From Minisyncoccia bacterium (GTDB lineage: Bacteria > Patescibacteriota > Minisyncoccia > Phycocordibacterales > Phycocordibacteraceae): 64,000 bases of DNA. Position 1 is the first letter of the stretch, and every line of letters starts with the position of its first letter. The position numbers and the translations under genes were made by a program. The notes beneath the pieces are model-generated. The model was not told the DNA's origin. It worked only from the letters and a program-made list of their open reading frames with translations, and did no database searches. Location of the stretch: assembly GCA_049305795.1 (NCBI GenBank), contig JBAQPM010000002.1, positions 20,316 through 84,315 on the forward strand, given 5' to 3'. Below are positions 36,522 to 45,714 of this stretch, one piece after another.

Positions 36522-37346
36522 TTAGCGAGGGAAAAGGTCGATGAGAAGATCGGAGTCGTAAAAGGTTCCGGCGAGGTCGCCGAAACTGTAAACGGTTCCG
36601 TTAATGTCGAGTTCTGCGCCGCCAACATTCGGAGCAGCGTTTGGATTTGAATGTGCAAAGCCAATGTTAAAGAGTGTCGAAAGTACGGCTTCGTTTTCAC
36701 TGATAGGGAAACCTGCATTTGCCCACTGCGTTTCTATTTCTTTGAGAAAAAGTCCGGCGTAAACGTAGCTCCAGTAGTGATTGTGTTGGTCGGTCATGCG
36801 CGTAAAACGGTCGAGCGTTACATTTGTCGTTGTCGCGGGGGAATCGAGTAAATGTTCATACGCTGCTCCTGGGTAATAAGGTGAAGAAGGATCTTTCAGA
36901 TATTGCTCGACTTTTATCGCAGTGTCTTCTTTCATGCCCATGATGCCCCAAGAAAATTGGGTTTGTGAACCGAGAATTTTCAAAGGATAGAAAAATTGTT
37001 TGTAGTTTTCGCGGTCGGTGAAGAAAAGGCGTAGTTGTTCGGTAATGAGATTTGCCACAATAAGGCGGGCCGGAATGTCGGAGTCTTGTGCTGCGCGCGT
37101 AATGGCGGGGACATCTTTGCGGATAGCAGCTTCAAGTACCTTCCATTCTTCGGTCTCGGTCCATGCGGGGAGTGGCTGGGAGCCGCTTAAACCAACAGCG
37201 CCTCCTTGGAGGAATGCTTCGCGCTGGGTGTCGATGATGCCCGTGGTGTCGGTGATGCCAAGGCGCACGGCAGCATAGCCCGCAATGAGAACGAAGCCGG
37301 CAGCGGCAAAGAGATAGACGACAACCTGAAATATGTTTCTAAACAT
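36522..37346 (-). CDS. Membrane-anchored secreted hypothetical protein (274 aa)
   Basis: ATG at 37346: MFRNIFQVVVYLFAAAGFVLIAGYAAV signal anchor; no motif recognised. Confidence 0.45.
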   Translation of the reverse strand: MFRNIFQVVVYLFAAAGFVLIAGYAAVRLGITDTTGIIDTQREAFLQGGAVGLSGSQPLPAWTETEEWKVLEAAIRKDVPAITRAAQDSDIPARLIVANLITEQLRLFFTDRENYKQFFYPLKILGSQTQFSWGIMGMKEDTAIKVEQYLKDPSSPYYPGAAYEHLLDSPATTTNVTLDRFTRMTDQHNHYWSYVYAGLFLKEIETQWANAGFPISENEAVLSTLFNIGFAHSNPNAAPNVGGAELDINGTVYSFGDLAGTFYDSDLLIDLFPR

Positions 37347-37514
37347 GCTTCCGGAGCATACCTGCTCACACAATTTGGTACAAGTTTCTGATTTTACGTG
37401 TTTGAATTTCTTTCAAATCTTAAATTTTGTTGACAATTCAAGTCTTTTAATACACTCTCACCCACAGAATATCCTGTTCCTTTCGGGGTATCTGGCTCTA
37501 ACGGGGAGACTGTC

Positions 37515-38156
37515 ATGTCATACGAAACGGGTTTCGAAGTCTGCCAACCTCTTGAGGATTTGGCACTTCTGGTCACGAAAGAAGAAATCTATGATGCGCT
37601 GGGACGTATAAAAACGAATCCGATGGTTACGGCAAAAGAGATTTCTCGTTTCTTTGCCCGAGAAGACGTGTCATGGAATTATGAGATTGAGGAAGGAGAT
37701 GTCTATTTCGAAGAAATCCTCGTTCGTCTCATGATCGAAAAACCTCCCGCCAATAATAATCGAAAGGATCATGCGCTACTCGTTTTTACGACGCTCATGA
37801 ATCCTGAGTCAATCTTTGCTGACATTATTTTGGAGCTTGATCCGTGGGACCATATGCTCGAGCTCATGGGTCTTTTGGAAACTTTCTCCCCGGGGGAGAA
37901 AGTTCATTTTTCATCGAGTTTGTTGCATCACGCAGAGACCATGTCTTCGACCGATGCGGGCAGGATTGATTTCTTTGGATCGAAAGCGCTTTCTGTAATC
38001 AAGAAAGTGCTCAACTTTCCAGAACTTACGGAACATCGGGACATTAAACACTTCTGGCGGGTGCTTCGCGAAATCAATCAGTCCGGAGGGGTGCTGTCTT
38101 TTCTCGACATCGCTGCGGTCGCAAAGCATGTCATGGTGCTCTATCGTCAGTCTTAA
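37515..38156 (+). CDS. Hypothetical cytoplasmic protein (213 aa)
   Basis: Clean ORF bounded by promoter-like TTGACA upstream and a terminator downstream; no homology recognised. Confidence 0.45.
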   Translation: MSYETGFEVCQPLEDLALLVTKEEIYDALGRIKTNPMVTAKEISRFFAREDVSWNYEIEEGDVYFEEILVRLMIEKPPANNNRKDHALLVFTTLMNPESIFADIILELDPWDHMLELMGLLETFSPGEKVHFSSSLLHHAETMSSTDAGRIDFFGSKALSVIKKVLNFPELTEHRDIKHFWRVLREINQSGGVLSFLDIAAVAKHVMVLYRQS

Positions 38157-38163
38157 TCCGGTA

Positions 38164-38201
38164 CGCGCCGCACCAGTGAGCATTGGTGCGGCGTTCCTTT
38201 T
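38164..38201. terminator. Bidirectional terminator between the hypothetical gene and recG
   Basis: CGCCGCACCA-GTGAGCA-TTGGTGCGGCG plus TTCCTTTT. Confidence 0.55.
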
Positions 38202-40395
38202 ACTCAGGATGCATTTCTGATTCGGCACGAAGGGAAAGGATGCGCAGGAGCGGGTATTTTGTAAGGTTCGGGTCTTTTGCAATCATATTTTGTGCTTCGG
38301 TCCGTGCAGCCTCGACCATCTTGATATTTTTGAGTGCTTCCATGGCAATGTCAGAAACGCCCCATTGTCGTGCGCCATAGAGTTCACCTGCACCGCGAAG
38401 CGCGAGGTCGTATTCGGCAAGCTCAAAGCCGTCTTTCGCGTTTACGAGTGCCTTAAGCCTGTCGCGCGTTGCAGTCCCGTATGATTCAGGGAGTGCAAAA
38501 CAATATGCCTGGTGGGTAGAGCGAATAACACGCCCGCGAAGCTGGTGAAGTTGGGCAAGGCCGAAACGCTCCGCACCTTCTATTAAAATCACGGTCGCGT
38601 TTGGCACGTTCACTCCGACTTCGACTACGGAAGTCGCAACCAGAATGTCTATCTCGCCCTTTGCAAACTGATTCATCGTTTCTTCTTTTTCTGCAGGCTT
38701 CATCTTGCTGTGCAGAATGCCGATGGTGGCATCTTGAAAGACTTCTTTTTTCAAACGCTCCGCTTCTGCTTTCACTGACCGCGCCTGAAGGGCTAGTTCT
38801 TTTGCAGGATCTGGTTCGTCGATGCGCGGGCAAATTACATACACTTGTCGCCCGGCCTTCATTTCCATTTTCGCTCGTTCATACGCATTATTTCGTTTCT
38901 CGGGCCCGAGAATTTCGGTGATGACGCGTTTGCGTCCGAGAGGCATTTCGTCCAAAAGTGAAATATCAAGGTCTCCGTAAATGGTGAGGGCGAGCGTGCG
39001 GGGAATGGGTGTGGCCGTCATTGAAAGGAGGTGTGGGGAAATGGCGTCTTTACGAACGAGTGCCTGCCGATGCACTTTTCCAAAACGGTGTTGCTCGTCG
39101 ATGATGGCATACGCAAGATTTTCAAATTGCAAAGACTTTTGTATGAGGGCATGGGTGCCTATGACGATGGGGATTTCTCCGTTTGCTACCCATTTTCTAA
39201 ATTGTGCGCGTGAAATGTGGGTTGATTCTTCACGTCTGATTTTTGAAGGAAACTTTCGGCACTCGCTGCCAGTCATAAGGCCGATCTGAATAGGATGGTC
39301 TTTGAAATACGAAACGAAGGTTGAAAAATGCTGCTTGGCGAGGATTTCCGTGGGGCACATATAGGCAATTTGGAGCGTGCCCGCTTGGCGGCCGGGTGGA
39401 CGGGAGGTGGCAACGAGATACGCGGTCGCAGCAGCGACCGCAGTTTTTCCGCTCCCCACATCTCCTTCAAGAAGTCGTGTCATGGGATACGATTTTTCAA
39501 AATCAGAAACGATGGATTCGATGCTTCGCTTCTGTGCATTCGTGGGAGGAAAGGGAAATGAGGCAACAAAGTCGCTAAGGGCCCTGCGGTCCACAGAAAC
39601 CGGAAGCGCTTGCGCCGCCTTCGTTTCACTTCGGCGGCGCGCCATCCCCAGCTGAATACCAAACACTTCTTCAAAAGCAAACCGTTTGCGCGCCGCCTCG
39701 GCGTCAGCGCGCTTTCGCGGCAAGTGAATCCACACGAGGGCTGTGGAAAGGGAGGGAAGTTTGTACCGCTCGAGAATGTCGGGCGGAATGGGGTCCGTCA
39801 TTTGCTCTTGAATATGCGATTCAAAAACACGTTTCATTGCGTGTAAAAACCAGAGGGATGAAATGCCTTTGCTTTCGGAATAAATCGAATATAACGCTTC
39901 GCCTTCGGGAAGATTGCCGGTTGCAAAAAGATTGTCATGCACGTCTTCAGGAGAAATGGGCGTGCGATCCACTTCTGGATTTGCAAGATATATTTTCGTT
40001 CCTTCGCCACCAATGCGTCCCGTCACTTTCACCACCATGCCGTCGTGAAGACTCTTGGCGATGTATGGCTGAGAAAACCACATCATTTTTATCTTTCCGG
40101 ATGCGTCTTCGAGGAATGCCTCGGCGATGGGCCGCCTAGACTTCCAGGTTTTGCGTGTTTCCGGTTTTCGAACTGTTCCGTAAAGGGTTACTTCCGCTCC
40201 GGCTGTTGCTCCTGCGATGGTGCCAGTTGGTCCTGCCGCTTCGTAGCGCGCAGGGAAATGATAAAGCAAGTCGAAAATGGTTCGTATCCCAAGCTTGTGG
40301 AGTGCTTTTTTCTGGTCGGGCTTGAGCCTCGTAAAATGCTTTTCGATCGGGTCTTGCTCCTGCATATACTGCTCCAGTATACTCACATCCGCCAA
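38200..40395 (-). CDS. recG: ATP-dependent DNA helicase RecG
   Basis: Wedge domain followed by helicase motifs LLEGDVGSGKT (Walker A), DEQHRFG, TATPIPRTL; 731 aa. Confidence 0.9.
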   Translation of the reverse strand: MADVSILEQYMQEQDPIEKHFTRLKPDQKKALHKLGIRTIFDLLYHFPARYEAAGPTGTIAGATAGAEVTLYGTVRKPETRKTWKSRRPIAEAFLEDASGKIKMMWFSQPYIAKSLHDGMVVKVTGRIGGEGTKIYLANPEVDRTPISPEDVHDNLFATGNLPEGEALYSIYSESKGISSLWFLHAMKRVFESHIQEQMTDPIPPDILERYKLPSLSTALVWIHLPRKRADAEAARKRFAFEEVFGIQLGMARRRSETKAAQALPVSVDRRALSDFVASFPFPPTNAQKRSIESIVSDFEKSYPMTRLLEGDVGSGKTAVAAATAYLVATSRPPGRQAGTLQIAYMCPTEILAKQHFSTFVSYFKDHPIQIGLMTGSECRKFPSKIRREESTHISRAQFRKWVANGEIPIVIGTHALIQKSLQFENLAYAIIDEQHRFGKVHRQALVRKDAISPHLLSMTATPIPRTLALTIYGDLDISLLDEMPLGRKRVITEILGPEKRNNAYERAKMEMKAGRQVYVICPRIDEPDPAKELALQARSVKAEAERLKKEVFQDATIGILHSKMKPAEKEETMNQFAKGEIDILVATSVVEVGVNVPNATVILIEGAERFGLAQLHQLRGRVIRSTHQAYCFALPESYGTATRDRLKALVNAKDGFELAEYDLALRGAGELYGARQWGVSDIAMEALKNIKMVEAARTEAQNMIAKDPNLTKYPLLRILSLRAESEMHPE

Positions 40396-40446
40396 AAAGA
40401 TATTTTGCTACAATACGTCTACCTTATCAGCCTCACCCTTTTACCC

Positions 40447-41583
40447 ATGGACCAAAACCCAAAGAAAATCCTCGCCGCATATAAGAAACTCGGTGCGCGC
40501 ATTGAAACGAAAGCGCGCACAAAACTCAAAGGAAAACCTGACTTTTCGCTGTGGTACACGCCGGGCGTGGGCACCGCCGCAACACATCTCGCAAAAAATC
40601 CGAAAGATGCACGTCTCATGAGTATCAAGAGAAACTCCATCGCCATTGTTTCTGACGGCACTGCCGTGCTTGGACTTGGGGATATTGGTCCCTATGGCGC
40701 GCTTCCAGTGATGGAAGGGAAAGCACTCATTTTTAAAGAGATGGCAGGCATTGATGCATGGCCGCTTGTGCTTGATACGAAAGACCCTGATGAAATTGTG
40801 CGCATTGTGAAAGCGATTGCGCCGGGGTTTGGGGGAGTGAACCTTGAAGATATTTCCGCGCCTCGCTGTTTTGATATTGAAAAGCAATTGGTCGAAGCGC
40901 TCGATATTCCAATCATGCACGATGACCAGCATGGCACAGCGGTGGTCGTGCTTGCGGGGCTCATGAACGCAGCAAAAGTGGTGAAGAAAAAATTTGCGGA
41001 TTTGAGAGTGGTGATTTCGGGTGCCGGCGCAGCCGGCGCCGCGATTGCGAAACTCCTCCACGCCGCAGGCGTGAAAGACATCGTCGTGCTTGATCGCTCG
41101 GGCACCATTTACGCTTCGCGTCCTGAACTCACCGTCCACAAAAAAGAACTTGCTGTGTTCACCAACCCACGAAAAATAAAGGGCGATCTTGCAACTGCTA
41201 TGAAAGATTCCGATGTTTTTGTAGGCGTTTCGGGAAGGGGACTTCTCACACCCGAGCATGTGAAAAGCATGGCTCCAAAATCAATCGTCTTTGCGCTTGC
41301 AAACCCCGTCCCCGAAATCATGCCCGAGGAAGCGCGAAAAGCCGGGGCGGCAGTGATTGCAACCGGACGTTCGGATTTTCCTAATCAGCTCAACAACGCC
41401 TTGGTATATCCAGGCATTTTCCGAGGGGCGCTTGATAAAGGTATCAGCAAGATAACGAATGAAACAAAGCTTCGCGCTGCAAAGACTCTTGCAGCGCTCG
41501 TGCCGAAACCAACTGCACAAAATATCATTCCTGGCCTTCTTGACCCTCGCGTCGTAAAAGCAATTGCAAAATCTGTACGTTAG
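40447..41583 (+). CDS. maeB: NAD(P)-dependent malic enzyme, small form (378 aa)
   Basis: ATG at 40447 (MDQNPKKILAAYKK); LWYTPGVG, GLGDIGP, VISGAGAAGAAIAKLL NAD-binding motif; the 548-aa listed ORF is a TTG-initiated extension overlapping recG. Confidence 0.85.
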   Translation: MDQNPKKILAAYKKLGARIETKARTKLKGKPDFSLWYTPGVGTAATHLAKNPKDARLMSIKRNSIAIVSDGTAVLGLGDIGPYGALPVMEGKALIFKEMAGIDAWPLVLDTKDPDEIVRIVKAIAPGFGGVNLEDISAPRCFDIEKQLVEALDIPIMHDDQHGTAVVVLAGLMNAAKVVKKKFADLRVVISGAGAAGAAIAKLLHAAGVKDIVVLDRSGTIYASRPELTVHKKELAVFTNPRKIKGDLATAMKDSDVFVGVSGRGLLTPEHVKSMAPKSIVFALANPVPEIMPEEARKAGAAVIATGRSDFPNQLNNALVYPGIFRGALDKGISKITNETKLRAAKTLAALVPKPTAQNIIPGLLDPRVVKAIAKSVR

Positions 41584-41605
41584 GAATTTCAACGGGTAAA
41601 AGCAT

Positions 41606-41686
41606 AAAACCTGGCATAACGAAAAAAGAGTGCGCTCCAGGCCGCTGGGCCAAGTCTTAAGCTCTTTTTTCGTTATGCCAGGTTTT
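41606..41686. repeat. Perfect 25-bp inverted repeat AAAACCTGGCATAACGAAAAAAGAG ... CTCTTTTTTCGTTATGCCAGGTTTT with 31-nt spacer
   Basis: Arms verified base by base; lies between the malic enzyme gene and the next gene. Confidence 0.6.
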
Positions 41687-41735
41687 AGCTAGCCGAAATG
41701 TGTCTTGAAGTTGTGGTGCGGGGTATACTTTACCC

Positions 41736-42158
41736 ATGAAGAAACGAACGTTCGGTATCTATCCATTTCTCCTTTCTATTCCCGACCGGATGTATCCTTT
41801 TGCCGCAATGATAGAGGGCAAAAAGGTGCGCGGAAGAAAAGCATACGAAGAAACGCTCGCCTTCTATCGAAACCGTCTTGGACCGGGCCACCTTGGATAC
41901 AAGCTCTTTTTGTATCGTCAACTATTTCACTTCATAGGTTCTCTTTTAGTTATTGTGGCAGCTGCGCTCATATCCAAAACACTCTTTGGAAGCGAGGTCG
42001 CTCTCTATGTGCTTCTGGTCTTAGCGGTTGCTGCAGTTTCATTTCAGGAATTTTATTTACACCCGCGCATGTACAAACAGCTTTGGCGCAAAGGCGCGGT
42101 AGATTGGTTTGCCTGGGTTGGGCCTATCAGTATTTATATTTTTACGCACCTGCGTTAG
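41736..42158 (+). CDS. Integral membrane hypothetical protein (140 aa)
   Basis: Three predicted TM helices; no motif recognised. Confidence 0.4.
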   Translation: MKKRTFGIYPFLLSIPDRMYPFAAMIEGKKVRGRKAYEETLAFYRNRLGPGHLGYKLFLYRQLFHFIGSLLVIVAAALISKTLFGSEVALYVLLVLAVAAVSFQEFYLHPRMYKQLWRKGAVDWFAWVGPISIYIFTHLR

Positions 42159-42598
42159 TCACGCTGAATCGCTTCACGCACACGCTCAAACACGGACGCA
42201 AACCACACACGATCTTTTACATTTGAAAGAACGTGGGCAGCTTCGCGAAAGGGAACCCACGCTGCTTCTGCTATTTCCATACTCGCCGCAAGCTTCGCAT
42301 GCGGCTCTGCCGCAAAAAGAAACATATGTATTTCTTTGAGTTCGGAGGTGTCTTCACTTTTTCCATCCAGACTGATGCGCCCCCGCTCGTAGGTTCCAAG
42401 ATCGTCAAGGAGTTCGCAATTGGAAAGTCCCGCTTCTTCTCTCATTTCCCTTTGCGCCGCCATTTCGTCCGTTTCCCCTTCGTCCACGTGGCCCTTCGGA
42501 AAGGTCCACGCATTTCCGTGGGTGTGTCGAACAAGGGCAATAGTGCCACTATCTCCAAGCACAATACCTCCTGCGGACCGCGTCTTCTTTGAATCCAT
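42155..42598 (-). CDS. NUDIX hydrolase
   Basis: Nudix box GHVDEGETDEMAAQREMREEAGL. Confidence 0.85.
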   Translation of the reverse strand: MDSKKTRSAGGIVLGDSGTIALVRHTHGNAWTFPKGHVDEGETDEMAAQREMREEAGLSNCELLDDLGTYERGRISLDGKSEDTSELKEIHMFLFAAEPHAKLAASMEIAEAAWVPFREAAHVLSNVKDRVWFASVFERVREAIQRD

Positions 42599-42617
42599 AT
42601 GCTTATATAATTACATA

Positions 42618-42791
42618 ATGAGCAGAAAATCACTCATATGGGGCGGCATGATTGTCGGTTCTTTCATTGGCGGATTCGTACCCTCTCTCTGGGACGCTGG
42701 CATGCTTTCCATGTCTTCAGTAATCTTCACGGCTGCCGGCGGATTATTAGGTATTTGGGCCGGACTCAAAATAGCAAATGTCGGGTACTGA
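42618..42791 (+). CDS. Small membrane protein (57 aa)
   Basis: ATG at 42618: MSRKSLIWGGMIVGSFIGGFVPSLW...; two hydrophobic segments; the longer listed ORF overlaps the NUDIX gene. Confidence 0.3.
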   Translation: MSRKSLIWGGMIVGSFIGGFVPSLWDAGMLSMSSVIFTAAGGLLGIWAGLKIANVGY

Positions 42792-42996
42792 ATCCAAATA
42801 GCCAAGACAATTCTAGAACTTTGAACCAACTTCCCGATCTAGAATAAAAATTTTCTTCATCAAGATATTACGATACATATATATCGACTAACGATAAACA
42901 ATAGAGTAAGATGGGAGTATAGGAATCGGCACTTAGCGGGCATTGCGCCGGCATACAAATTAGCAGATTCGAAACCTCGCAATTTCGCCAAACCAC

Positions 42997-43482
42997 ATGA
43001 AAAGAAGCTCAACAATATTTCTTCAGACAGTCATTGTATTCATCGGCACCGGAGTTCTTGCTCTTATGCTGTGGGAACCCCACCTTGAGGGCAGAAATGT
43101 ACACGCCACGCTCTTTGAGATCTACTTCAAAGATCCTTTCCTAGCATATGCATATACCGGGTCCATTTCGTTTTTTGTGGCACTGTTTCAAGCGTTCAGA
43201 CTGCTCGGGTACATCGGACAAAATAAGGTATTCTCGCAAGCGGCTGTAAAAACGTTACGAATTATAAAATACTGCTCGATAATCCTTGTCGCTTTTATTG
43301 TGGGAGCAGAAGGCTACATCTTTATCGTCTCACGCAAAGTGGAAGGGGATATTGCAGGCGGAGTGATGATGGGCGCCACCCTGATTTTTGTCTCGACCGT
43401 CGTTGCTACTGTCGCAGCGGTGTTTGAGAGGGTTTTGCAAAACGCCGTGGACATAAAGTCCGAGAACGACTTGGTAGTCTAA
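42997..43482 (+). CDS. DUF2975-like integral membrane protein
   Basis: Four TM helices and the conserved pairing with a downstream YozG-type HTH regulator. Confidence 0.5.
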   Translation: MKRSSTIFLQTVIVFIGTGVLALMLWEPHLEGRNVHATLFEIYFKDPFLAYAYTGSISFFVALFQAFRLLGYIGQNKVFSQAAVKTLRIIKYCSIILVAFIVGAEGYIFIVSRKVEGDIAGGVMMGATLIFVSTVVATVAAVFERVLQNAVDIKSENDLVV

Positions 43483-43492
43483 CAAAACCAAC

Positions 43493-43696
<204 letters not shown>

Positions 43697-43820
43697 GTGT
43701 CCTCCAGCAGGTCTCTGGAATGCGCTAATGAGTTTTACTGGCTGCGCGGTGATGCTTCCATCTGCATTTGCTGTGCCCGTCACCATAACATCCCCCCGAC
43801 AACTAAGTCAGTATTCATTC

Positions 43821-45002
43821 CTACTCTGTCCTTAAAGCATCTACCGGCTGCAGTCTTGAGGCATTGCGGGCCGGGTAGAGGCCGAACACCACTCCTACCG
43901 CAATAGAGATGAATACCGCTAACATGATCACTTGCGTGTTTATTACGACGGAGATAATTTCGCTGTCGGCAAATATTTGGTTGGCAATTGCTCCGCCCAC
44001 CAAGCTAAGCAAGATACCGATAATTCCTCCAAGAGTGGTCAGAGCGATTGATTCGATCAGGATCTGAATCATGATATCTGTATCGCGGGCACCCACGGCT
44101 TTCCTCAGCCCAATCTCTTTAGTTCGTTCCGTAACGGTCGTGAGCATCATATTCATAGTGCCGATACCGCCCACAAAGAGCGCAATGCTGCCCACTATCC
44201 CCAGGAACAAGCTCAGCATCTGAGTTGTTTCCTGAGCAGTCTCAATCATGGATTGTGAGTTCTCTACACTGAAGACGTCCTCGCTGTCCGATGCCAGCTG
44301 TCTTGAGGCATTAAGAGATTGCAGAATATGCTGGCCCGCGATCTCAAAATAGGTAGAGTCTTTGAGCAAGACAGCAACTGAAGAAAAGTTCTTCGTATTT
44401 GTAAGTGTCCCGACGGTGCGCTCATAGGGGATTAGTACCGTTCCGTCTCCCCTTGTAAACCCACCTGTGCTTGCTTCAATGACGCCGATTACCATAAACT
44501 TCTGCCCGCCGATGTTTATGGGCTGGTCAATCACCGATTGGCCTGTTTCTTCCTCGACGGCGTCTGCAAATCCGTCGGACACAACTGCGACAAACTCCGC
44601 ATACCCGACATCAGTCCAATCGTATACTTCTCCTTCCACCAACTCATAGCTCTGAACGCCTTCATAGTCACCAACGACGGCTTGTATTGTTGGCGCAAAG
44701 TCAGAACCGAACGCTATCACTTCAGCATTATTCACCGACAAAGACGCAAGAGAGGTGGATACGTACGTCTGCTCGGTGATCCACGTATAGTCAGCGTACG
44801 TTACCTCGCCAGAAACTGTCACATCGCCCGTAGAAAAAGAACTGATTCTATCGAGTATATTTGCTGATAAACCTTCTCCAAGCGCCAACATGGCAGTAAC
44901 AGAGAAAATACCCACGACGATACCGATAATCGTAAGGAACGATCGCAACAGGTTGCTTCGCAATGACTGAAGCGCTTCTGAGATGAGGAATTTCGGGTTC
45001 AT
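43821..45002 (-). CDS. ABC transporter permease, MacB/FtsX family
   Basis: N-terminal TM helix, large periplasmic domain, C-terminal FtsX 3-TM bundle; overlaps the ATPase gene by 4 nt. Confidence 0.85.
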   Translation of the reverse strand: MNPKFLISEALQSLRSNLLRSFLTIIGIVVGIFSVTAMLALGEGLSANILDRISSFSTGDVTVSGEVTYADYTWITEQTYVSTSLASLSVNNAEVIAFGSDFAPTIQAVVGDYEGVQSYELVEGEVYDWTDVGYAEFVAVVSDGFADAVEEETGQSVIDQPINIGGQKFMVIGVIEASTGGFTRGDGTVLIPYERTVGTLTNTKNFSSVAVLLKDSTYFEIAGQHILQSLNASRQLASDSEDVFSVENSQSMIETAQETTQMLSLFLGIVGSIALFVGGIGTMNMMLTTVTERTKEIGLRKAVGARDTDIMIQILIESIALTTLGGIIGILLSLVGGAIANQIFADSEIISVVINTQVIMLAVFISIAVGVVFGLYPARNASRLQPVDALRTE

Positions 45003-45712
45003 AATTTTTTATCGCCTTCTGTTTCATTGATGAGGCCGTCCTTGATATTGATGACCCGATGCACTACTTCGGTCAATGATTCGTCGTGGGTCACAATCAC
45101 GATGGTTGTGCCGTATTTTTCGTTGAGATATGTGAGTGCGTCAATAATATTCTCACCCGTTTTTGAATCGAGATTACCTGTCGGCTCATCTGCAAGCAAA
45201 AGCTTCGGGCGAGCTACAAGCGCACGAGCAATGGCTACACGTTGACGTTGACCGCCTGAAAGCTGATTAGGATATTTGTGCCACTGAGCTTCTTCGAGAG
45301 AGGCTCGCTTTAGTGCGTGGGTGACATATTCATCATAATCGCCCGTGAACGAGCGTTGATAAATGAGAGGTAGCATCACATTTTGATATACCGTTTTCCC
45401 CGGCAGAAGGTGGAATGATTGAAAAATAAAGCTGATGTCAGTCGATCGCAATTCTGCCAATTCATTGGACGTCATACTATTTACGAGTTTGCCGTCAAAG
45501 TAATATGTCCCGCTGGTAGCGATATCAAGGCCGCCGACAATGTTCATCAACGTTGACTTGCCAGAACCTGAGTGACCTAAGATGGCGATCATGTCACCCT
45601 CGTACACGGACAAGCTGATGTGATGCAATACGGGAACTGCAATACCGCCCTCAAGATAGAAACTCTTTGAGATATCTTGGAGGTCGACAATCTTTTTTTT
45701 CTCTTCTTCCAT
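44999..45712 (-). CDS. ABC transporter ATP-binding protein (MacB/LolD type)
   Basis: Walker A GHSGSGKST, signature LSGGQRQRVAIARAL, Walker B LLLADEPTGNLD. Confidence 0.9.
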   Translation of the reverse strand: MEEEKKKIVDLQDISKSFYLEGGIAVPVLHHISLSVYEGDMIAILGHSGSGKSTLMNIVGGLDIATSGTYYFDGKLVNSMTSNELAELRSTDISFIFQSFHLLPGKTVYQNVMLPLIYQRSFTGDYDEYVTHALKRASLEEAQWHKYPNQLSGGQRQRVAIARALVARPKLLLADEPTGNLDSKTGENIIDALTYLNEKYGTTIVIVTHDESLTEVVHRVINIKDGLINETEGDKKL

Positions 45713-45714
45713 GT

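Noticed and set aside
39937-40446. 5' extension of the malic enzyme ORF (548-aa call)
   Set aside because: Starts at a non-ATG codon and overlaps the recG coding region on the other strand. The conserved malic enzyme N-terminus begins at ATG 40447, so the extension is an ORF-caller artefact.
40441-41259. 272-aa minus-strand ORF
   Set aside because: Antisense to the well-supported malic enzyme gene.
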